A stretch of DNA of 64,000 nt, from positions 174,048 through 238,047 of IMG/VR virus record IMGVR_UViG_3300024350_000252, one strand, 5' to 3'. Positions 1 through 10,474 of the stretch are shown here, in pieces (position 1 is the stretch's first letter; each line of letters opens with the position of its first letter). The notes beneath the pieces are model-generated. The model did no database searches and was not told the origin of the DNA. It saw only the letters and a list, made by a program, of their open reading frames with translations. The translations under genes and the position numbers were made by a program.

Positions 1-3000
1 GTAACACCGGCAGCACAGATTATTATTTCATCTAGCTATAACGGATCTCCATTGACATTGACTACTGCGTCAGGTTCGATGGGAGTATCAGCTGGTGAAA
101 CTTATTTTGTAGGACAAGCTATTAGATTTAGCGGTACGACATTCGGAAATATACAGACAGGATCAACACCAAAACAAACCTATTGGATCTATTCTGTAGA
201 CGGTCTTAATACTCTAAAGATTTCTACGACACAGTATGGTTCTCCTGTTTCTACTACAGCTACCGGTACTAATGGTCAGTCTACGATCACCGTGACTAGC
301 TTGACTGGTATAGCCTTAGGGTTCCAAGTGACTGGCAATGGTATCGGTAGCGGAGCAACTGTAGTCAGCATAGTAGGCTATGTTGTCACACTCAGTCAAC
401 CTAATACCAGCAATATCACTACAGGAACTGGAGCAATTACATTCAGTTCATATTTTGTACCTCAGACACAGACTGGTTCGATGACTGCTGAAATAGTAGC
501 AGAACCACCAAATGACACATTCTGGGGTAGATTGAATTCAGGCATTAAATGGACTAATTCTTGGGTAACCGACATAGACTATTTCTTAGGTGATGCTGTT
601 CGCTATGGACCAAATAGTTACATCTGTATACAACAACATCATTCATTGACCAGCAACAGACCAGACAATGATGTGACAGGAACTTTCTGGAACTTGTTGG
701 CTAATGGTCAGGAATCATCAGTATTGACCACACAAGGTGATCTAGTTTACTTCGGCGGTTCTGGACCTACAAGATTGCCAATAGGGCAAGATGGTCAAGT
801 GCTGACAGTCAATGGTAATACATTGGCTCCAAATTGGAAGTTCTGGGGCAGCATCGATCAAGTTTATTATGTAGCTACTTCAGGTACAGACAGTGCTTAT
901 CCTATCTATGGTGCTACATTAGACAAACCATGGAAGACTATCAGATATGCTTGCGAACAGATATTAGCAGGACCTAGAAATCCTAATGCTGCTTATCTTA
1001 TAAATGTTAACAGACAGTTCATCCAACGAGAAACTGTAAATTGGATCAACTATCAAATCGCTAACAATATATCTCCTTTCACTACTGGTTTCACTTATGA
1101 TCAAACCAAATGCGAAAGAGATACAGGTTATGTAATCGATGCTTTAGTCTGGGACTTAACACACGGCGGCAATGTGAGATCTAGAGCGGCAGCATTAAGC
1201 TATGTTGGCGGAACATATACTTTATTATCTTCACAGAAAACACAAACCAACGCAGCACTAAATTATGCTATCAATAATGTGTTAGTCGCCGCAGTATTAG
1301 CTAACGCAGCACCTTTCCAAAACTATCAAGTACTAAATGGAGTAGCTGTTGGTTCTCGTATCAATCAAGTTATCAATACAAATTATACTTCAGAAACTGT
1401 ATCATCAGATATTACTGCTTTATTAAAAATAATCACAGATGCTATAACAGCAGGTGTATCTACTAATATTCCTGCTCAGGTACAACCAAATTATACTATC
1501 TTGGCTAAAACTGGAGTATATTATGAAACATTACCTATCGTTGTGCCAGCGTTTACCGCGATAGTAGGAGACGAATTAAGATCTACAAACATACGTCCAG
1601 CTGCTTCGCAAGTAGCTGCTGGTGATGTCACTTACAGTCTAGCAGCATTGGCTTATATCAAGACTATAATCAGCAATGTAGTGACTGGTACCACAGTAAC
1701 TACTAATCAAATCACATATTCACAAGATAAAACACTGCCTTTGGCTACAGGTACTGAAGGAACTACCGTACAGAATCTTGTACAAAATATCATCGACTAT
1801 ATTAATTTCTATATCAATAGCACAGGCAGTGCTCCAGCTATGACTGGTACCAACACACCGGCTAGCACTTACGATCCGTATGCCGCTGCTAGATTGTTAG
1901 AATTGAACAGAAACTTTATCGTAGCTCAAACTAATGCCTATATAGCAGCGACATATCCTGCTTATAGTTACAATGTGGCATCATGTTCTAGGGACGTTAA
2001 TCGTTATATAGATGCTCTTAAATATGATCTAGTCTATACAGGAAATTATAAAACATTAACATACGCAAAACTATATGTCAATGCGGTAACTGGCAGTCTC
2101 TTACAAAATATGTTCTTGGTAAGAAATGCCTGTGGTCTAAGAAATTGTACCGTACAAGGATTGACAGGTACATTAGGATCAGCCAACGCATATGGAACTA
2201 AGAGACCTAGTGCTGGAGCCTATGTCAGCCTAGATCCAGGCTATGGACCAAACGATTCGGATGCTTGGGTAACCACAAGATCTACATATGTACAAAACGT
2301 GACTACATTTGGCACGGCGGCAATCGGTCTTAAGATCGATGGTAATTTACATAACGGTGGCAATAAATCTGTTGTTGCTAACGACTTTACACAGGTCATC
2401 AGCGATGGTATCGGTGTATGGTGTACCAATAATGGGTTGACAGAACTTGTGTCTGTGTTCTCGTATTATGGACACATGGGATACCTAGCAGAAGCTGGTG
2501 GTAAGATACGTGCTACTAACGGTAACTCATCATATGGTGATTACGGTACTGTGTCTGAGGGTGTTGATGCGACAGAAGTTCCGATCACTGCTCAGATTGA
2601 CAATAGAGCATCCGCAGCACAAGTTGGGTTGACAGTACAAAACGGCAATGCTATACAGAGATTAGAATTTACTAATGCTGGTATAAACTATAATAATTCT
2701 GCTACATTTACTTTCAACGGGGCAGGTATTAATGCGGCAGCAGTATTTGACGAAACTAGAGATAATGCTATTTTTGAAGCTAGACAATTACAGTTAGCAG
2801 CAGATGGTTCAGATGGCATGTATGGCGGATCATCATACTATACAGCACAGAACGTTGCCCAGGCGGGCGGTCTATATCAGATCACGCTAGCTGCTACAGA
2901 TAGCCAAACTTCTAGCGGTTATCTGGGAATGAGAATAGTCACTGTATCAGGTACTGGTGCAGCTCAACAGGCTAAGATCATCAACTACAACGCAGGTAAC

Positions 3001-6000
3001 AAGATCGCTCTTGTGGCTAAAGAATCATTCGCAGATATCACAGTTACTGGTAGCACTATCAGTGGTAACACTTTGACTACTACTGCCGCAGAACAAGATA
3101 GATTGTATGCTAACATGCCATTGTATCTTAGCGCAGCTATTGGTGGGTTGAGTGCTAACTCTTTATATTATGTGGTTGGTTCTAGTATCGCTACACCCGG
3201 AACTACTTTCCAAGTTTCAACAGCACCGAGCGGATCTGCTGCTACGATAACAGCTACAACAACAGGACAAAACGTCACATTATATCAAGCAGGTTGGGAA
3301 GGAGCTATCAACGGTACCACTATCACATCACCGGATCCTTCTACATTATATTTGATCGAACCGAGAGTAACATTTGCTGCTCCAGGATTTAAACAAAACG
3401 CTACAGGCACACTACCGACCGTAGCTGTTGGATATAAAGATGGTGTGTTTAGTCAGACAAGATCTACTCATACAGGAGTGTCAGCGAGCGGTGGCGCTGG
3501 TTCAAGCGCAACCTTCAACATTACTAGAGTAGGATTGGTTTATACTGTAACATTAAACAACGGTGGTACGGGCTATGCTGTGGGAAATACTCTAACTATT
3601 TTAGGAACCAGTGTCGACGGTGCTACTCCAAGGAATGACATCACGATAACAGTTACAAAAGTTACAAGTCCTACAGGAGTTATCAGTGCGTTCAGCTCTA
3701 CTGGTTTAGGTAGAGGTGGACAGTTCTTTGCTTTACCAAACAGTGGAGCAACAGGTGCATATTCAAGGGATGGCAGTACATGGACATCTACTACTATCAC
3801 TAACCAATCTTGGGGAACAGTAGCTACTGGTACTATTAGTAACGTGGATTATGTACAAATATTGCCAGGTAGTGGATCGGCTAATTTCCAATACAGCACC
3901 AATGGAGGACAAACGTGGACAAGTTCTACGCTGCCAACTACACAATCATGGACCAGTTCCGCATTTGGTAATGGTGTATTCATGGCAGTGTCCAGCACAT
4001 CTAATACACCTATAACATCATCAAATGGTACGAGCTGGGCTGTTACAGCCGGAAACCTTGGCGCTTTTACTAATTTAGTAGGAGTTGCTTACGGATTGGG
4101 TAGATTTATGGTATTGCCAGGATCAGCAGCTAACACAACAGCATCATACAGTCTCAATAACGGCACTACATTTGTGGCTACGACATTACCTTCCAGCCAG
4201 ACATGGTCTGGTATAGCATATGGTAATGGAAGATTTGTAGCCATAGCGTCAACTAATAGAGCAGGTGCTATCAGCATAGATGGTGTAAACTGGACAGCAG
4301 TAACACTACCGAATGGAACTATGACCAAGATCAGATATGCTCAAGGTCTGTTTATGATGATAACTAGCGGTAGTGCTAATACTGTATGGACATCGCAAGA
4401 TGGTATCAATTGGACTAACAGGACATTTGCTACCAGCGATACGAGAGCATTCCCATTCTTTGGTGATCCAAACAATGTACCAAGCTGGATAGTTCTACCG
4501 TCGAGTGCTACTACTACAGGTATCATAGCAAAAACTGGTGCTACTGCTACAGGCAGAGTTTTAGTAACTAACAACAGTATTTCTCAAACTAGAATCGTTG
4601 AACCTGGTTCGGGATATCCGTTCGGATCTGTAACTAACGTAGGACCTACAACAACTATCACAGTAACCAGCGTATCAGGAACTACTATAACCACTTCAAC
4701 AAACTTGACTACTGCTGGTATACTATCAGATCAACCTATAGTATTCAGCGCAGGATTAGGCAATATCGTCGGCGGCAGTACATATTATGTGTTAACGGCT
4801 AGTGGCACATCGATGACTATTAGCTCTAGCTTACAAGGAACTGCTTTCACTGTAGGCACAGCATCTGGTACTATCACTGGTACTACTGCTAGCGTGATCA
4901 AAGTTGATCAAACTGATAATCTAGTCAATGGTCAACCTGTGAACTTTACCAATTTAGCTGCGGTTGGCTTGTCTACTAATAAAGCATACTATGTGATCAG
5001 CGGTAGTATCACTACTACCAGCTTCAGAGTTTCACAAAATACAGTATCTTCGACAGCGGCAACGCTGACCACACCAGCATCTAGTTTGGTGAATGCTTTT
5101 TATAACGCAGGCGGTGCTATAACTATAACTGATCCGAACCGTGTGTTTGCTGCCCCTATACAAGTAAGAGCTGGATCTAGTGTATTGGCTAATCCTACAT
5201 TTACCAATAGAGGTACTTTATGGACTACAGCTACAACAACAATATCAGGCGACGGTGTTGGAGATATATTCCAACCAGGTCAATATATCTCTATCAAGAA
5301 CATTAGCTCACTGCCAACAGTTGGATCGAATGTGGAATTCGCTTCATTACCGGGACAGTATTTCAAACTAGTTACTACCAGAAACTTGATAGGAACTGGT
5401 CCATATACTGCTACATTCCAGATCAGTCCGTTAATGTCCGTGACAGATTCTCCACCAGATGGCGATGCTATCACTGTAAGAATCAGATATAGCCAAGTGC
5501 GTCTAACTGGACATGATTTTTTGAGCATCGGTACTGGTAACTTTACCAATACAAATTATCCAGGAATACCACTGATCGCTTCTGATTCGGCCAAGCAGAC
5601 CAAAGAGTCCGCCGGAGGTCGCGTGTTCTTTACCAGCACTGACCAAGACGGTAACTTCAACGTTGGTAACTTGTTCTCGGTACAACAGGCTACAGGTACT
5701 GCTACCCTAAATGCTAACGCATTCAATCTAGCAGGACTACAGAGCTTGAGCTTAGGCTCAGTTAACGTGGGAGGTAGCGCAGGCGCTACTATCACTGAAT
5801 TCAGTACAGATCCATATTTCACAGCTAATAGCGATGCTATATTGCCTACTCAACGAGCTATCAAGGCATATGTAGCTTCACAAATTGGTTCTGGATCCAG
5901 TACTTTGAACGTAAATACACTTACTGCTGGTTCGATCTTTGTAAGCGGAAACACCATTACAACCACTACAAACCTCGAAATCAAAGTAACTACAAAATTG

Positions 6001-6057
6001 AATTTCATCAAGGGTGTGGATGGTTATCCAGTGGCCTTGAATTTGTTCTTAACATAA
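1..6057 (+). CDS. Giant tail fibre/virion protein, 5'-truncated: pectin-lyase-like beta-helix, Asp-box propeller and Ig-like repeats
   Basis: Frame 1 is open from base 1, so the TTG at 52 is not the true start. Thr/Gly/Ser-rich. Motifs: YYVATSGTD..GATLDKPWKTIRYAC and KTGVYYETLPIVVP..IVGDELRS (beta-helix); six SxD/NGxxW Asp-boxes; C-terminal SDAILPTQRAIKAYV typical of T4-like structural proteins. Confidence 0.85.
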   Translation, partial: VTPAAQIIISSSYNGSPLTLTTASGSMGVSAGETYFVGQAIRFSGTTFGNIQTGSTPKQTYWIYSVDGLNTLKISTTQYGSPVSTTATGTNGQSTITVTSLTGIALGFQVTGNGIGSGATVVSIVGYVVTLSQPNTSNITTGTGAITFSSYFVPQTQTGSMTAEIVAEPPNDTFWGRLNSGIKWTNSWVTDIDYFLGDAVRYGPNSYICIQQHHSLTSNRPDNDVTGTFWNLLANGQESSVLTTQGDLVYFGGSGPTRLPIGQDGQVLTVNGNTLAPNWKFWGSIDQVYYVATSGTDSAYPIYGATLDKPWKTIRYACEQILAGPRNPNAAYLINVNRQFIQRETVNWINYQIANNISPFTTGFTYDQTKCERDTGYVIDALVWDLTHGGNVRSRAAALSYVGGTYTLLSSQKTQTNAALNYAINNVLVAAVLANAAPFQNYQVLNGVAVGSRINQVINTNYTSETVSSDITALLKIITDAITAGVSTNIPAQVQPNYTILAKTGVYYETLPIVVPAFTAIVGDELRSTNIRPAASQVAAGDVTYSLAALAYIKTIISNVVTGTTVTTNQITYSQDKTLPLATGTEGTTVQNLVQNIIDYINFYINSTGSAPAMTGTNTPASTYDPYAAARLLELNRNFIVAQTNAYIAATYPAYSYNVASCSRDVNRYIDALKYDLVYTGNYKTLTYAKLYVNAVTGSLLQNMFLVRNACGLRNCTVQGLTGTLGSANAYGTKRPSAGAYVSLDPGYGPNDSDAWVTTRSTYVQNVTTFGTAAIGLKIDGNLHNGGNKSVVANDFTQVISDGIGVWCTNNGLTELVSVFSYYGHMGYLAEAGGKIRATNGNSSYGDYGTVSEGVDATEVPITAQIDNRASAAQVGLTVQNGNAIQRLEFTNAGINYNNSATFTFNGAGINAAAVFDETRDNAIFEARQLQLAADGSDGMYGGSSYYTAQNVAQAGGLYQITLAATDSQTSSGYLGMRIVTVSGTGAAQQAKIINYNAGNKIALVAKESFADITVTGSTISGNTLTTTAAEQDRLYANMPLYLSAAIGGLSANSLYYVVGSSIATPGTTFQVSTAPSGSAATITATTTGQNVTLYQAGWEGAINGTTITSPDPSTLYLIEPRVTFAAPGFKQNATGTLPTVAVGYKDGVFSQTRSTHTGVSASGGAGSSATFNITRVGLVYTVTLNNGGTGYAVGNTLTILGTSVDGATPRNDITITVTKVTSPTGVISAFSSTGLGRGGQFFALPNSGATGAYSRDGSTWTSTTITNQSWGTVATGTISNVDYVQILPGSGSANFQYSTNGGQTWTSSTLPTTQSWTSSAFGNGVFMAVSSTSNTPITSSNGTSWAVTAGNLGAFTNLVGVAYGLGRFMVLPGSAANTTASYSLNNGTTFVATTLPSSQTWSGIAYGNGRFVAIASTNRAGAISIDGVNWTAVTLPNGTMTKIRYAQGLFMMITSGSANTVWTSQDGINWTNRTFATSDTRAFPFFGDPNNVPSWIVLPSSATTTGIIAKTGATATGRVLVTNNSISQTRIVEPGSGYPFGSVTNVGPTTTITVTSVSGTTITTSTNLTTAGILSDQPIVFSAGLGNIVGGSTYYVLTASGTSMTISSSLQGTAFTVGTASGTITGTTASVIKVDQTDNLVNGQPVNFTNLAAVGLSTNKAYYVISGSITTTSFRVSQNTVSSTAATLTTPASSLVNAFYNAGGAITITDPNRVFAAPIQVRAGSSVLANPTFTNRGTLWTTATTTISGDGVGDIFQPGQYISIKNISSLPTVGSNVEFASLPGQYFKLVTTRNLIGTGPYTATFQISPLMSVTDSPPDGDAITVRIRYSQVRLTGHDFLSIGTGNFTNTNYPGIPLIASDSAKQTKESAGGRVFFTSTDQDGNFNVGNLFSVQQATGTATLNANAFNLAGLQSLSLGSVNVGGSAGATITEFSTDPYFTANSDAILPTQRAIKAYVASQIGSGSSTLNVNTLTAGSIFVSGNTITTTTNLEIKVTTKLNFIKGVDGYPVALNLFLT

Positions 6058-6070
6058 CGGAGAAAAATAA

Positions 6071-6394
6071 ATGGCAACAGGAGTTTTGGGCACATACGAT
6101 CATACCGCAGGAGCTTGGTTTGCTCTATATACGGTCCCAGCCACTACATTTTCGGTGGTCAGCTTGTCAATGTGTAACAGAAGCAATCAAGCTGTGAACG
6201 TAAGAGTAGCAGTTTCTACAAGTTCAGTTAGCCCTGCTAACGGCGAAATCATCGAATTTGATACAGAAGTATTAGGAAAAGGTGTGCTAGAAAGGACCGG
6301 TATCGTGATGGATGCCGGTAAAGTGCTTCTAGTTTACTCAAATGCTGCGGGCGTTAGCTCGGTAGCATTTGGAATCGAAACATCAACTGTATAA
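6071..6394 (+). CDS. Small virion structural protein (107 aa)
   Basis: SD GGAG; beta-rich LYTVPATTFSVVSLSMCNR..EIIEFDTEV pattern seen beside T4-like fibre genes. Confidence 0.65.
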   Translation: MATGVLGTYDHTAGAWFALYTVPATTFSVVSLSMCNRSNQAVNVRVAVSTSSVSPANGEIIEFDTEVLGKGVLERTGIVMDAGKVLLVYSNAAGVSSVAFGIETSTV

Positions 6395-6420
6395 TAAATA
6401 TAGCATCAGGGGAATAAACA

Positions 6421-6753
6421 ATGGGAAGATATCTTACAACTACAGGAACAGCAGGCAATACGGTCAGAGAGATCTCAGGAGCCTACTCTGCAGTAGTCAA
6501 CGACAGAATTTTAGCTAATACTGCTAGTAGCGGTTTTACTATAACACTGCCTGCTAACAGCACATTATTTTTGAATGATACTATTCAGATCATTGACGTA
6601 GCAGGAAACGCAGCTATTAACAACATCACTATCGCTAGAAACAGCTCTAAGATCAACAATATCGCAGACGATTTCGTGATTGACGTTAACTATGCTGTGA
6701 TCACGTTGATCTATACAGGATCAACATATGGTTGGATCGTAGCCAACGCTTAA
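6421..6753 (+). CDS. Tail-fibre-associated protein (T4 gp34-like module, 110 aa)
   Basis: FTITLPAN..DTIQIIDVAGNAAINNITIARN..ITLIYTGSTYGW motif; ATAAATA late promoter at 6394-6400. Confidence 0.7.
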   Translation: MGRYLTTTGTAGNTVREISGAYSAVVNDRILANTASSGFTITLPANSTLFLNDTIQIIDVAGNAAINNITIARNSSKINNIADDFVIDVNYAVITLIYTGSTYGWIVANA

Positions 6754-6771
6754 TGAAGGATAAAGACGGGT

Positions 6772-7743
6772 ATGCCAACCTCGCTTAAAGCAACTAACGG
6801 TTTTAAAAGTCAGGCTTTCTGGAATCAGGAAACTAATCTAGAAAGAGGGACTATACATGTTTACACCCCAGGTAACGACTTCCAAAGTTTCCCCTGCTGC
6901 GGATGTTTCGTCGCACCTAGCTGTGGTACAGCAGTCATAGAAATCTGGGGAGCTGGCGGAAGCGGTTCTCGTATGTGCTGCTGTGGTGGCGGCATGCCAG
7001 GAAATTCAGGTGCCTATGCCAAAAAGACTATCAGAATGGGCGCAGGCTGTTATATCTATTTCTATGTAGGCATGGCCTGCGGTAACGCAGACTCTTTATG
7101 TTATAGAGGCTGTTCAGAAGCTACCTGTCTATGTTGGTTTGGTAACCAAGGACTTAGTGGCTGTATGTGCGCACAAGGTGGACAGGGCGGTATCAGTTAC
7201 TGTTCTACAGGTACTTCTATGTACTGCTGCTATGCGGCCAATAGTTGGCCAACTACAAACTTAGGCAATGGTTGCGGAATCGTCTGTAATAATTGCTCAG
7301 GATCATATCAAGCATGTGCCTACGGTGGAGACGTTAACCTCTGTAGTAGGATTTCCTGCGTGGTCTATCTAGGCTGCTTGCCCAGCTGCGTATGTAACAT
7401 CAATTGGAGCATGGCTATCCCCGCAGGACAATTTTCAAAATGCGGAGGCTATGTCAGCTACACGACAGAAAATAACCAAGACTACGCTAACTGGGTCGGT
7501 GTAGGACAACATAATCATATCATGGCACTGAATGCTGCCAGTCGTTGGCCACAACAGGGTATGCCATGGGCATACTGCTGGGGGTTTGGCGGTGGTTGCG
7601 GCTGTTACGAAAACGAAGGCTGTACAGGATTTGTTCCACCAGGACATCCTGGAATGGGACCGCTTCCATGTCCAGATGTGAGAGATCATGCTAGAAAAGG
7701 CGGCAGTGGCATGGTAAGAATTAAATTTATACCGGGAACATAA
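6772..7743 (+). CDS. Cys/Gly-rich adhesin-like protein, paralogue 1
   Basis: EIWGAGGSG..GNSGAYAKK and terminal GGSGMVRIKF, a glycine-rich phage adhesin frame; about 33 Cys in 323 aa. Confidence 0.7.
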   Translation: MPTSLKATNGFKSQAFWNQETNLERGTIHVYTPGNDFQSFPCCGCFVAPSCGTAVIEIWGAGGSGSRMCCCGGGMPGNSGAYAKKTIRMGAGCYIYFYVGMACGNADSLCYRGCSEATCLCWFGNQGLSGCMCAQGGQGGISYCSTGTSMYCCYAANSWPTTNLGNGCGIVCNNCSGSYQACAYGGDVNLCSRISCVVYLGCLPSCVCNINWSMAIPAGQFSKCGGYVSYTTENNQDYANWVGVGQHNHIMALNAASRWPQQGMPWAYCWGFGGGCGCYENEGCTGFVPPGHPGMGPLPCPDVRDHARKGGSGMVRIKFIPGT

Positions 7744-7744
7744 G

Positions 7745-8725
7745 ATGCCAACTTCGATTAGAACATGGACACAAACTAGACTAAACTTCATCGCAGATAA
7801 TGAAGAAAACTTAGAACGAGGTTCGATCTATCTGTTCAGCGGTTCTGCTGAAAGAACGAATTTTAGTAACGGTGGTTTTTGCTGGGTAGCACCTGCTACC
7901 GGACAGGCTATCGTAGACATTTGGGGAGCTGGTGGTAGCGGTGCTCGTATGTGCTGCTGCGGTGGCGGTCTTCCGGGCAATCCAGGAGCATTTGCTAGAA
8001 AATGTCTATGTATACAGTCTGGCTGCTGGATCTGCGGATTTACTGGTATGAGCTGCGGCTCACCAGATCTTTGCTTTAGAGGTTGTTCGGAATATTCAGG
8101 TATCTGCTGGCAAGCTAGCGGTACAAACGGTTGTGTATGCGCCCAAGGTGGCCGCGGAGGCACTAGCTACTGTTCTACAGGAACTTCTCTCTATTGCTGT
8201 TTTACAGCTGGTAACTTCTGTACTACACTAATCAACGCTAACTGTGGTGTTGTCTGTAACTATGGTTCAGGCACAGCCAGCTGCTGCGCACAAGCATTCG
8301 GTGGCGACATTAACTGTTTTGGCGGTTTTAGTTGTGTACTTTTCGCAGGTTGTCAACCAAGTTGTCCATGTTCAACAATCTATCACATAGCTACACCTCC
8401 ATACTATTATTCAACATGCGGTGGAGTGATCACTTACACCTCTGAAGGTGATAGCGGAGCAGCTAACTGGTCGGGCGGTACATTGACAGGATACATACAC
8501 GGTATGTCAGTCATGGGTCGTCAACCACATCACGGTACACCTCCAGAGCAATCTTGCTGGACTGGCGGTCGTACATGCGGATGTTACGAAGGTCAAGGAT
8601 GTATTCCTTTTGTACCAGCAGGATTCCCAGGACCTGGTCCTTTGCCTTGCCCAGATGTTCGCGATATGGCATTCCGTGGCGGTCATGGTGCTGTAAGAAT
8701 CAAATTCATAGCCGCAACAGAATAA
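7745..8725 (+). CDS. Cys/Gly-rich adhesin-like protein, paralogue 2
   Basis: Same motifs as paralogue 1 (WGAGGSGARMCCCGGG, CSTGTSLYCC, PCPDVRD, GGHGAVRIKF); about 33 Cys. Confidence 0.7.
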   Translation: MPTSIRTWTQTRLNFIADNEENLERGSIYLFSGSAERTNFSNGGFCWVAPATGQAIVDIWGAGGSGARMCCCGGGLPGNPGAFARKCLCIQSGCWICGFTGMSCGSPDLCFRGCSEYSGICWQASGTNGCVCAQGGRGGTSYCSTGTSLYCCFTAGNFCTTLINANCGVVCNYGSGTASCCAQAFGGDINCFGGFSCVLFAGCQPSCPCSTIYHIATPPYYYSTCGGVITYTSEGDSGAANWSGGTLTGYIHGMSVMGRQPHHGTPPEQSCWTGGRTCGCYEGQGCIPFVPAGFPGPGPLPCPDVRDMAFRGGHGAVRIKFIAATE

Positions 8726-8737
8726 GGTGAAATAAGA

Positions 8738-9721
8738 ATGGCACAATCGCTTAATAGCTTAGTAAGATTAAAAACTCCAGATAGGAATGAAGATAACCTT
8801 GAATTAGGCCAGATCTTTGTGTTCAGTCCTGGCACCATGTATACCAACTTCTGTTATAACGGTGGTTCTGGTTTCTGTTGGAAAGCTCCAGGAACAGGTA
8901 CAGCAGTTATCGAAATGTGGGGAGCTGGTGGTAGCGGTGCTAAGATGTGCTGCTGCGGCGGCGGAACTCCAGGAAATGCAGGTGCTTATGTAAGAAAAAC
9001 TATTTCGGTTAACTCTAGCACATATGTTTGCGGTTGTACCGGATTTTCCTGTGGTAACTCAGACTCATTATGCTATAGAGGTTGCTCAGATCCTTCGGGA
9101 TTAAACTGGGTGAATGGTACTGGTGCGATAGGAGCTACCAGTGGCTGCTTATGTGCCCAAGGTGGTAACGGTGGCCTTAGCTGGTGTTCTACAGGTACTT
9201 CTATGTATTGTTGTATGGGGGCTAGCGGATGGTGTACCACTTATCTAGGTACAGGTTGCGGTGTGGTCTGTAATTACTGTAATGGTATGTGGATTGCCTG
9301 CGGGTTTGGTGGAGACATTAACTGCTGCGGTCGATTCAGCTGTATTACCTATTATGGTTGTCTACCTAGCTGTATTTGTTTGTTCCAATATCATATTGCT
9401 GTACCGGCTAATTTCTTCTCATGCGGTTGCGGTAGTATGGCTAATTTCACAACAGAAAATGATAATAGGCATTCTAACTGGTCAGGCCAAGGTGTTAACC
9501 AACAGATGAACGCATTAGGAGCATTGAGTAGATCGCCGAGACAAGGTATTCCGCAAAGCTACTGCTGGCGTTCAGATCGTAAGTGTGGATGTTATAATAT
9601 GCAGGGCTGTATGAACTATAACCCACCTGGTGTGGGCGGTGTCGGACCAGCTCCGTGCCCAGACGTCCGCGATCACGCTATGCGTGGTGGAATGGGCGCA
9701 GTGCGTATTAGATTCTTTTGA
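8738..9721 (+). CDS. Cys/Gly-rich adhesin-like protein, paralogue 3
   Basis: WGAGGSGAKMCCCGGG, CSTGTSMYCC, PCPDVRD, GGMGAVRIRF; about 33 Cys. Confidence 0.7.
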   Translation: MAQSLNSLVRLKTPDRNEDNLELGQIFVFSPGTMYTNFCYNGGSGFCWKAPGTGTAVIEMWGAGGSGAKMCCCGGGTPGNAGAYVRKTISVNSSTYVCGCTGFSCGNSDSLCYRGCSDPSGLNWVNGTGAIGATSGCLCAQGGNGGLSWCSTGTSMYCCMGASGWCTTYLGTGCGVVCNYCNGMWIACGFGGDINCCGRFSCITYYGCLPSCICLFQYHIAVPANFFSCGCGSMANFTTENDNRHSNWSGQGVNQQMNALGALSRSPRQGIPQSYCWRSDRKCGCYNMQGCMNYNPPGVGGVGPAPCPDVRDHAMRGGMGAVRIRFF

Positions 9722-9742
9722 TAAATAGTTTAGAGGATAAAA

Positions 9743-10393
9743 ATGAGAAAGTTATTTCAAATTACATTGCCCGACGAACCATACAAAACAGCCACTACTA
9801 AAAATCAAAAAGTAGACTGTATGTATGTGGGCCCACGATATATGGTACTTTGTATCGATAATACTACTGATTTAGTAAAATATGTAGGTAGACGTGCTGA
9901 CACGATCGAAGAAGCAGAATTAGATAATCACGTAGAAGATGATCATTATCATGTTTTGCTAGATGCTTCTGTGAATACATTTGAAGCAGCATATCTTACA
10001 GGACAGTACGAACACGGTGAGATAGAGAATTATACCGAAACGTTACCTACAAAAAACGCAGCAGGTGAGTTCGAAACTTATACATATCACTATGATGATT
10101 ACAGAGGTATTATAGGACAGATTTATTGGAATCAGGTTCTTTATTACAATCCTTCAAATAAAACTTTCAAAGAACCCGCAAGAAGAGAACATGCTACTGA
10201 CTGGGATCAAGTAGTAAAAACTACTAAAGATGGGGCTGCTGAAATACGTAAAATGTTAGAAGCTAATGATTATTTTCCAGCTCAATTAGCAGTTATCAAT
10301 GAATATCTAGATTGGGTTGATACTTTTGAAGAAAAGTATGCTGATGTAGATCATTGGAAAGTTCCATTTCCACCATATCCAAACATGGCTTAA
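9743..10393 (+). CDS. Hypothetical protein, possible tail-fibre assembly chaperone
   Basis: Acidic 216 aa directly after the adhesin triplet; C-terminal HWKVPFPPYP resembles the W..P end of fibre chaperones; GATAAATA at 9720-9727 and SD GAGG. Confidence 0.5.
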   Translation: MRKLFQITLPDEPYKTATTKNQKVDCMYVGPRYMVLCIDNTTDLVKYVGRRADTIEEAELDNHVEDDHYHVLLDASVNTFEAAYLTGQYEHGEIENYTETLPTKNAAGEFETYTYHYDDYRGIIGQIYWNQVLYYNPSNKTFKEPARREHATDWDQVVKTTKDGAAEIRKMLEANDYFPAQLAVINEYLDWVDTFEEKYADVDHWKVPFPPYPNMA

Positions 10394-10474
10394 TTTAGTC
10401 TGGACCAGATCTAGGTCGACTGTTACCGTATAGCTAATATATAGTAGCACTCGACCTATATTCTTGGAGACTAA

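Noticed and set aside
6772-9721. Diversity-generating retroelement acting on the adhesin triplet
   Set aside because: No reverse transcriptase in the window and no near-identical TR/VR pair with A-specific differences; the copies share only short blocks (for example the 24-nt TGGGGAGCTGGTGGTAGCGGTGCT).
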